Below the pieces are notes generated by a model. It searched no databases. It was given only the letters and a program-made list of their open reading frames with translations, and was not told the origin of the DNA. The position numbers and the translations under genes were made by a program. DNA of 64,000 bases from Candidatus Latescibacterota bacterium (GTDB lineage: Bacteria; Latescibacterota; UBA2968; UBA8231), in assembly GCA_965217585.1 (NCBI GenBank), contig OZ244561.1, positions 1,536,001-1,600,000 of the forward strand, in the 5' to 3' direction. This document shows positions 58,021-64,000 of the stretch, piece after piece. Numbering within the stretch: the stretch's first letter is position 1; each line of letters starts with the position of its first letter.

Positions 58021-58863
58021 CTATGCCAATTCTGGGTATTGCGCCGCGTAGATCGTCAACTTCGTCGCCTCCCCGATTTGTTCCAATTCCGGCCGCCGCC
58101 CCGACAAGCGCAGGCTGTCGCGGACCAAATTCAAAAACCCCTCGCCCCGTGCTTCCAGAAAACTAGAGCCCGTAACCGGGCTTTCGTAGTAGCGCATAAA
58201 GCCGGTGAGAAACTGATTCCGGCGCGCCGGCTGACACCCGGCGTACAAATTTTCGATGGTCAATGTGTTGTAGAGCGCCCCGGGATTTTGGAACTCGATG
58301 CGGTCGGGGAACATGCGAATGATGATCTGCGATCCGGCGACTCCGTAGTCCCGATGAATGACGGCGTTTACGACGGCCTCTTGGAGTGCAGTGTCTATAT
58401 AGCTGGGGTAATCTCGCCGGCCGTCACCGCTTTTCCGCGATGCGATCGGCGTCAAAGGAGAGGCTTGGAAATACGACGCGATCTTGGCGATTTGCTCGGG
58501 TAAAGGCCCGGTGATTTGCCGGCTATCCACGGTGTTGCCGTCGGGAATGTCGTGGTTGTACACGGCCAGATCGATGTACGCGCCGGAAATGTACTGCTCG
58601 GGCTGCTTGGCAAACAGCAGGATGCCCAAGTGCGTCGGCGTGGCCCCCACCTCCGCGATCGCAGCGAGTTTGTGCGCCGCCAGCGTGGAAGCCCAGTCTT
58701 CTGGCGGGGACCAGTCGGGGAAGCGCCGACTGAAGTACTGTTCGAGTCGGGTTTTGTCCAAGTCGTCGAGACTGCTGCCGACTAGGGGGCGCACCTCAAG
58801 CGGGATAGCCAAGCGACTTTCCGTCAATCGGATGGATGAAATGAGTTGGGTTTTGTCGATCAT
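58021..58863 (-). CDS. HATPase_c_4 ('RecG C-terminal') domain protein, apparently N-terminally truncated
   Basis: PTHLGILLF, ALQEAVVNAVIHRDY, DRIEFQNPG, RNQ and EARGEG; no AlbA_2 domain seen. Confidence 0.7.
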   Translation of the reverse strand: MIDKTQLISSIRLTESRLAIPLEVRPLVGSSLDDLDKTRLEQYFSRRFPDWSPPEDWASTLAAHKLAAIAEVGATPTHLGILLFAKQPEQYISGAYIDLAVYNHDIPDGNTVDSRQITGPLPEQIAKIASYFQASPLTPIASRKSGDGRRDYPSYIDTALQEAVVNAVIHRDYGVAGSQIIIRMFPDRIEFQNPGALYNTLTIENLYAGCQPARRNQFLTGFMRYYESPVTGSSFLEARGEGFLNLVRDSLRLSGRRPELEQIGEATKLTIYAAQYPELA

Positions 58864-58865
58864 GA

Positions 58866-59783
58866 TCAATCCGCGTTTTTAAGCTGCTCCAGAATGTCCA
58901 TCCCCACCCGCTGACTCCACGCCTCCATCACTCGCCCGAACAGAGGGCCGGGCTTCCCGTCGCCAATCGGCGTATTGTTGATGCGCGTACACGGCGCTAG
59001 ACAATAGGGCGTGCTAGTCAACCAAGCCTCGTCGGCATTGACCGCGTCGTAGGGCTGCAATTCCTTCTCGACCCAACCCAACCCCAACTCGGGTGCCAAT
59101 TCCCGTAGCGTCACCAAGCTCACCCCTTCTAAGATATTGCGGCTGGTGGGCGTAAAGATCGCATCGTTTTCTACCACGACGAAGTTGGCCCCCGAGCACT
59201 CGGTGAGGTTGCCGTCCAAATCGAGCAGCAGCGAAGTGGCTGCGGGATCGACTGCCTGCGATTGCTTATCGGCCAGCCAATAGTGCAAGCGCGAGCGGTT
59301 TTTGGTCTTGGGGTCAACGCATTGGGGCGGCACGTGGCGGATGGAGGGCGTGACCGCGTGGACGCCCTGCTCAAAATAGGGCCGCCACACGGCAAAGGGC
59401 AGCGGAAAGGAGTGGATGCACAACGTGGGCGTCAGGCGCGCCGTTTTCCCAGCACTGCCAGCGTAGATCTGGTTTTCCCCCGGCGTTACAAAGTGGACGA
59501 TTCCCAAATCCTGCTCGGGATCTATCAGTTTGCTATTGGTCTCGATCAAGGTCCGCGTGCATTCGGCCAACCCCTCGTGGTCCAATGCCAGCTCAATGCC
59601 GGCGTACTTACACGACCGCAACAGCCGCCGCACGTGCTCCTCCAAGCGGAACGGTTGGTGCCTGAACGTGCGGGTCATTTCGGTCAGGGTGGCACCCAGT
59701 ACGATCCCCAAATCGTAGATCTTGAGATGGGCCTGGGAAGCGGGGACGAAGCCATCGTTGAGATAGACGACCGGTTCGTTCAT
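58866..59783 (-). CDS. Class IV aminotransferase (BCAT/ADC lyase-like)
   Basis: FRLEEHVRRL, KTKNR, ECSGANF, ILEGVS and ADEAWLTST. Confidence 0.88.
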   Translation of the reverse strand: MNEPVVYLNDGFVPASQAHLKIYDLGIVLGATLTEMTRTFRHQPFRLEEHVRRLLRSCKYAGIELALDHEGLAECTRTLIETNSKLIDPEQDLGIVHFVTPGENQIYAGSAGKTARLTPTLCIHSFPLPFAVWRPYFEQGVHAVTPSIRHVPPQCVDPKTKNRSRLHYWLADKQSQAVDPAATSLLLDLDGNLTECSGANFVVVENDAIFTPTSRNILEGVSLVTLRELAPELGLGWVEKELQPYDAVNADEAWLTSTPYCLAPCTRINNTPIGDGKPGPLFGRVMEAWSQRVGMDILEQLKNAD

Positions 59784-60592
59784 AGCGCGTTACTCTCCTG
59801 TGAATTCAAGGCGGCACAGGCAGCGTAAAAATCGGCCGTCGAGGTAGAAAAACCATGCACCTGTTCGACCTCGCGCACGGCCAATTCCGTGGCCCACCGC
59901 GCCTTTAGGGTATCGGGAAATTCCACTCCTTCGGTGGCGTCGCGCACCAAAATGGTATTATAGCCCCGCCCGCGCATGGCGCGGATGCCGTAGTCGCGGC
60001 CCAAAATACACCAATTGGTCGCAAAGCCGGCGAAAAGCAAATGCATAATGCCGCGCTCATCGCACAAATCGTGCAGTTGCTGGCCCGTGCCGACGACGAA
60101 ATCGCCCTCCTCCACGGCGATATGGGGCGAAAGATCGAGTTGCCCGGTTAGGCTCTTCCAATAGGGACCAATGCCCGGCTCTTGGTCGCGCGGTCCCCGG
60201 AAACAGGCGTACGCTCCCTGCCGGTTGCGGAACTCAGTCGGCGGCCAACTCGGCGGCGGCCCCGGCTCAGGCTCAGGCGTGCAGCCTTGGTACACTTCGT
60301 ACTTATCCGGGAAATTGGCCAGCACTCCGGGACTAGGTGCCTGCACAATGGTCAGGCCGCACTTCCGCGCCCGCCCGATGAGCGGCGCAATCACTTCCTT
60401 GGTCACCGCCTCGGCGCGCTCGATCCAGCTATCGATGTGATGCACGTTCCACAGGTCGATCAGCACCAGCGCCGTCTGCCCGACCGGCAGGGGGAAGCCC
60501 AGTTCCCGCACGACGAAATTCTCTTCGCGGCAGGGCACGTCCGCGGGCGTGCTATCTTGGAAGTACTGCACTTTCAGTCGTAAAGTCTCCAT
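59780..60592 (-). CDS. Isochorismatase/cysteine hydrolase family protein
   Basis: TALVLIDLW, AGFATNWC and LVRDAT. Confidence 0.8.
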   Translation of the reverse strand: METLRLKVQYFQDSTPADVPCREENFVVRELGFPLPVGQTALVLIDLWNVHHIDSWIERAEAVTKEVIAPLIGRARKCGLTIVQAPSPGVLANFPDKYEVYQGCTPEPEPGPPPSWPPTEFRNRQGAYACFRGPRDQEPGIGPYWKSLTGQLDLSPHIAVEEGDFVVGTGQQLHDLCDERGIMHLLFAGFATNWCILGRDYGIRAMRGRGYNTILVRDATEGVEFPDTLKARWATELAVREVEQVHGFSTSTADFYAACAALNSQESNAL

Positions 60593-60606
60593 GGTCTCTC
60601 CTCTTA

Positions 60607-61230
60607 TCACAACTCTGCGATCATGTCGTAATTATTGGTGCCCCCGGCCTCGAAATCGCCCACGCGCCGAAAACCGAATTTGGTGTAGAAGTGGACGGCG
60701 CGGGGATTGTCCGCGCGCACTCCGCCCCACAGCAGCAGGCGCTGCCGCCCCAGCCGTGGCAACAGTCTCAGCAGATGCTGCATCATCAAACTGCCGAGCC
60801 CCTCGCTCTGGTACGCGTCGGCCACGGAAGGAGCCAAGGTGCAATCGGTCTCGTCGTGCAGAGCCAAGCCCAATGCTTCGTAGCGCCGGCGATCCCCGGC
60901 CCGCACGCCCAGTTCGACGACGAAATACCCCACAATGCGCTCGACCCCCTCCTCCTCGATCCAAGCCAACATACGCAGCGTGTGGGCGCTGTCCAACGCG
61001 GCGCAAAAACCATCGGCCGTCTCCTGGTCAAACCGGTGCGGTCCGTACACCCGGCGGGTGGCTTGCGACAAGCCGGTGAAATACGCGCCCAAGGCAGCGG
61101 CCTGATCGGCGCGCAACGGGCGGAAATAAACCCGTTGGCCCGAAGCCAGTACCTCGCTGGACGAGACCAGATCGGGGTGCGCATCTATGGTATTGGGATC
61201 AATCTGCATGAGGACATTGTTCCCGCACAT
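60607..61230 (-). CDS. GNAT family N-acetyltransferase
   Basis: VADAYQSEGLGS and NPRAVHFYTKFGF; TAATG coupling (alternative start at 61209). Confidence 0.85.
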   Translation of the reverse strand: MCGNNVLMQIDPNTIDAHPDLVSSSEVLASGQRVYFRPLRADQAAALGAYFTGLSQATRRVYGPHRFDQETADGFCAALDSAHTLRMLAWIEEEGVERIVGYFVVELGVRAGDRRRYEALGLALHDETDCTLAPSVADAYQSEGLGSLMMQHLLRLLPRLGRQRLLLWGGVRADNPRAVHFYTKFGFRRVGDFEAGGTNNYDMIAEL

Positions 61231-62156
61231 TAAATCAAGCCATGCTCTTCCAGAAACTCGGTGGTCATGGTCGCGCATTCTTGCGAGAATTCGAGCGGCA
61301 GAAAGTGGGTTGAGTCCGGGATAAAGTCATAGTCCATCATGGAAAGCGTACCTAATTTTATGCCGGGCAGGAATGAGAATGGGACTGTGGGGTCGGCACC
61401 GATTGCCTTTGCAGGGCAGGAAAGGCCAAGGCGTTCCATTTCTTCGTACGCTTGCATGGTCCAGCCAAAGTAGTAGTCGCAGACTTGCGCTTCGTACTCT
61501 CGCGGACAACGCAACTCATATCCCCCGTCGCCATCGGGACGCAGCGTGGTCTGGCTGAATAGCTCTATCACGCCCGGTTGGAGACGCTGGAACGTGCGCG
61601 AACGTCTGAGGGATTCACTAAAATCCTCCAAACTAGCGAATTTGACCGTGCGCTGGCGCGCTCGTTCTCCCATGGTGTAGCCGATTTCCAGATTGTCCTC
61701 GGGCGTGTTGCGGGAAGGACAAATGGGCACGTCGAGCAGCACTAGGGCCGCAAAGCCGCTTTCACCTTGCAGTTGATGCAGCAGTGCTATCAACGCCGAC
61801 ATGGAATGAAATACGCCAATCTGCGGTTTCGCTCCAAAGTGAGCGTCGATCTCCCGTGCGATGCTTTGGCTGTCGCTGACGAACGTGGGGAAATTATGCG
61901 TTTGACGATCCCAGACCGGATTCCAGCCATGGCTGCGGATATCATAGAGCATGATGTCAAAGCGATCCATTAGCAATGACCAGAATGGATAGTACAGGTC
62001 AGCGGCGAGCGCATTGCCGTGGCTGAGCACCATCCGCGGGCCGGAGGGGTTGCCGTGCCGGCGCAGCGCGATAGGTGCGCCGTCCGCCATCTGAACCCTC
62101 ACAGTCTCCAAGGGAGTGGGTACGTTCCAACGTTCGGGCGGTGTTGACCTTTGCAT
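61230..62156 (-). CDS. Alpha/beta fold hydrolase
   Basis: LSHGN, YDIRSHG, FHSMS nucleophile elbow and THFLPLE; GGAG SD before MQRS. Confidence 0.82.
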   Translation of the reverse strand: MQRSTPPERWNVPTPLETVRVQMADGAPIALRRHGNPSGPRMVLSHGNALAADLYYPFWSLLMDRFDIMLYDIRSHGWNPVWDRQTHNFPTFVSDSQSIAREIDAHFGAKPQIGVFHSMSALIALLHQLQGESGFAALVLLDVPICPSRNTPEDNLEIGYTMGERARQRTVKFASLEDFSESLRRSRTFQRLQPGVIELFSQTTLRPDGDGGYELRCPREYEAQVCDYYFGWTMQAYEEMERLGLSCPAKAIGADPTVPFSFLPGIKLGTLSMMDYDFIPDSTHFLPLEFSQECATMTTEFLEEHGLI

Positions 62157-62178
62157 TTTGTCAGCACTCCTACTCTGC

Positions 62179-62727
62179 CTAAACTTCCCGGGCAACTCGG
62201 ATATTGCCTTTCCCCAGCAACGCCTGATACGCCACCAACGCCCCCGCCACGTGAACATTCATCGACGGCCCCTTGCCGTACATGGGGATATAAACTGCCC
62301 CATCGCACAGCGCCAAGGTCTGTCGATAGACACCTTTGGTCTCGTTGCCGAGCACCAAACACACTTTGTCGGGGAAATCGTATTCCAAATAGCACATCGC
62401 CCCCTGCACCATTTCCAACGCCACCAAGTGATACCCCTCGTCCCGCAGTGCGTTGGCCGCTTCGTCCATGCGCCCGATCCGCCGCCACGCCACCCGCCGC
62501 TCATGCCCCCGCGCCGTGCGTTCAATATCCTCGTGCGGCGGCGAGGGCGTTGCGCCCGTAAAAACCAACTCGCGCGCCCCGCACGCATCGGCAATGCGAA
62601 ACATCGAGCCGACATTGAGCGGGTCTTCGACACTCTGCAGTAAGAAGGCTAGCTCCACCTTGGGCGGGTAGCTCTTCGCCGCGTCCGCAAAGAGCCGCTT
62701 GACCTCAACCTTGCGCAAGGGGCGCAT
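62179..62727 (-). CDS. TrmH/SpoU family RNA methyltransferase
   Basis: NVGSMFRIADA, VLGNETKG and IPMYG..SMNV. Confidence 0.9.
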   Translation of the reverse strand: MRPLRKVEVKRLFADAAKSYPPKVELAFLLQSVEDPLNVGSMFRIADACGARELVFTGATPSPPHEDIERTARGHERRVAWRRIGRMDEAANALRDEGYHLVALEMVQGAMCYLEYDFPDKVCLVLGNETKGVYRQTLALCDGAVYIPMYGKGPSMNVHVAGALVAYQALLGKGNIRVAREV

Positions 62728-62746
62728 CGGCTTCAATAGGGCCGGA

Positions 62747-63574
62747 TCAAAAGCGGATGGCCTTGTACTTCTTCACGTGCTCGGTAATGGCCACTTCTAC
62801 CGGCAACCGCTCCATGCTCGACGCGCCGTAGAAGCCATCGACGCCCCGCGTGTTTTGCAACACGTATTCGGCGTCCTCTGGCTCTGAAATCGGCCCCCCG
62901 TGGCACAGCACAATCACCTCTTTGGACACCCCGCGTGCCGCGTCGCATATCGCCTGCACAAACCCCACTGATTCCTCCAGAGTCAGCGCGGTCGTCGCGC
63001 CAATCACGCCCTTTGTAGTAAGCCCAGTGTGCGCCACCACAATGTCGGCACCGGCCGCCGCCATCTGCTCGCCCTCTTGGGGATTAAACGCATACGGCGT
63101 CGTCAACAACCCCATCTCGTGCGCCGTGCGGATCATCTCCACCTCCTCCCCATAGCCCATCCCGGTCTCCTCCAAGTTCTGCCGATACAACCCGTCAATC
63201 AGCCCCACGGTCGGAAAATTCTGCACGCCGGAAAACCCGATTGCCGCAACTTCGCGCAAGAAAACGTCCATCTGCCGGAACGGGTCCGTCCCGCACACAC
63301 CGGCCAGCACCGGCGTATCCTCCACTACCGTTAACACCTCCCCAGCCATATCCATCACAATCGCATTGGCATCCCCATACGGCATGGTCCCGGCCAGCGA
63401 CCCCCGGCCCGCCATGCGAAATCGCCCGGAATTGTAAATCACAATCAAGTCAACCCCGCCGGCCTCCTCGAACTTTGCGCTGATCCCGGTGCCAGCCCCC
63501 GCGCCGATAATGGGAACCCCATCGGCGATGTTCTGCCGCAACCTCGCGAGTACTTCTTCTCTAGTAAAAGCCAT
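62747..63574 (-). CDS. Phosphoenolpyruvate hydrolase-like TIM-barrel protein (Tm-1-associated family)
   Basis: [35 protein letters not shown] and GASSMERLP. Confidence 0.88.
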   Translation of the reverse strand: MAFTREEVLARLRQNIADGVPIIGAGAGTGISAKFEEAGGVDLIVIYNSGRFRMAGRGSLAGTMPYGDANAIVMDMAGEVLTVVEDTPVLAGVCGTDPFRQMDVFLREVAAIGFSGVQNFPTVGLIDGLYRQNLEETGMGYGEEVEMIRTAHEMGLLTTPYAFNPQEGEQMAAAGADIVVAHTGLTTKGVIGATTALTLEESVGFVQAICDAARGVSKEVIVLCHGGPISEPEDAEYVLQNTRGVDGFYGASSMERLPVEVAITEHVKKYKAIRF

Positions 63575-63580
63575 GGCCGC

Positions 63581-63994
63581 CTATCCGTTTAATGCCTTTT
63601 CTATCTGCACCCCTTCCATCTTCCGCAACTCGGCCTCCGGCCCAAACGGCGCGTATATGGCGATCAACTTCATCGGGGCGTCCCCATTGTTGACCGTCGA
63701 GTGATACACGGCCGTCGGAATGTGTACTAGTTCCCCTGGGCCGATCTCCTTTTCCAGCATGCCCGACTCCAGCTCTACTGTCTGAATCCCGGTGCCCTCT
63801 ATCACGTAGAGGATTTCCTCGCTGTAAGGATGGTTGTGGCGCACGTGGCCCTTGCCCGACTCCAGCTCCACCACGCCGCAGCTAAAGTGCTCGGCCGCGG
63901 TCACCAGCGGCTCGGAAAGCCAGTTCAGCCGACCCCAGTCAAAGACTTGGGTTTCCACATCGGCGCACTGGATGAATGTCTTTTTCTCGCTCAT
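63581..63994 (-). CDS. Cupin domain protein
   Basis: GHVRHNHPYSEEILYV and HIPTAVYHST; GGAG SD. Confidence 0.88.
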   Translation of the reverse strand: MSEKKTFIQCADVETQVFDWGRLNWLSEPLVTAAEHFSCGVVELESGKGHVRHNHPYSEEILYVIEGTGIQTVELESGMLEKEIGPGELVHIPTAVYHSTVNNGDAPMKLIAIYAPFGPEAELRKMEGVQIEKALNG

Positions 63995-64000
63995 AACTCC

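Overview
This is a GC-rich bacterial chromosomal window, mostly housekeeping and carbohydrate/oxidoreductase genes: parE-parC, pepF, a sigma70 factor, arfB, rpsR, rpsU, csp, frdABCD, dgoD, an IlvD/Edd dehydratase, tsaE, a porX-like regulator plus kinase, zwf-glk, glyA and a xylulokinase. The gene content (PorX-TsaE, several PhyH dioxygenases, an ankyrin protein, a BMC shell gene, Omp85 variants) suggests an FCB-related lineage such as Latescibacterota; this is inference only. The best candidate for a new system is at the left edge (1-1865, minus strand), in a visibly more AT-rich island. It holds a 37-aa Cys-rich precursor (core GGGGCCCNCNCCLIIPLM) flanked by strong RNA stems, an RRE/ThiF-like cyclodehydratase partner, and the start of a SagB-like dehydrogenase that the ORF track misses. 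Together these look like a thiazole-forming (TOMM/LAP) RiPP cluster that continues beyond the window. Other notable items: an Rpn nuclease gene with a strong internal ribosome-binding site, flanked by a 106-bp duplication of the neighbouring gene's 5' end; a 122-bp MITE-like element; an S21 with a (GGGGCC)7-encoded Gly-rich tail; and a kinase with an apparently triplicated sensor module next to porX. No rRNA, tRNA or CRISPR array was recognised. All family assignments come from motif recognition by eye, not database searches.
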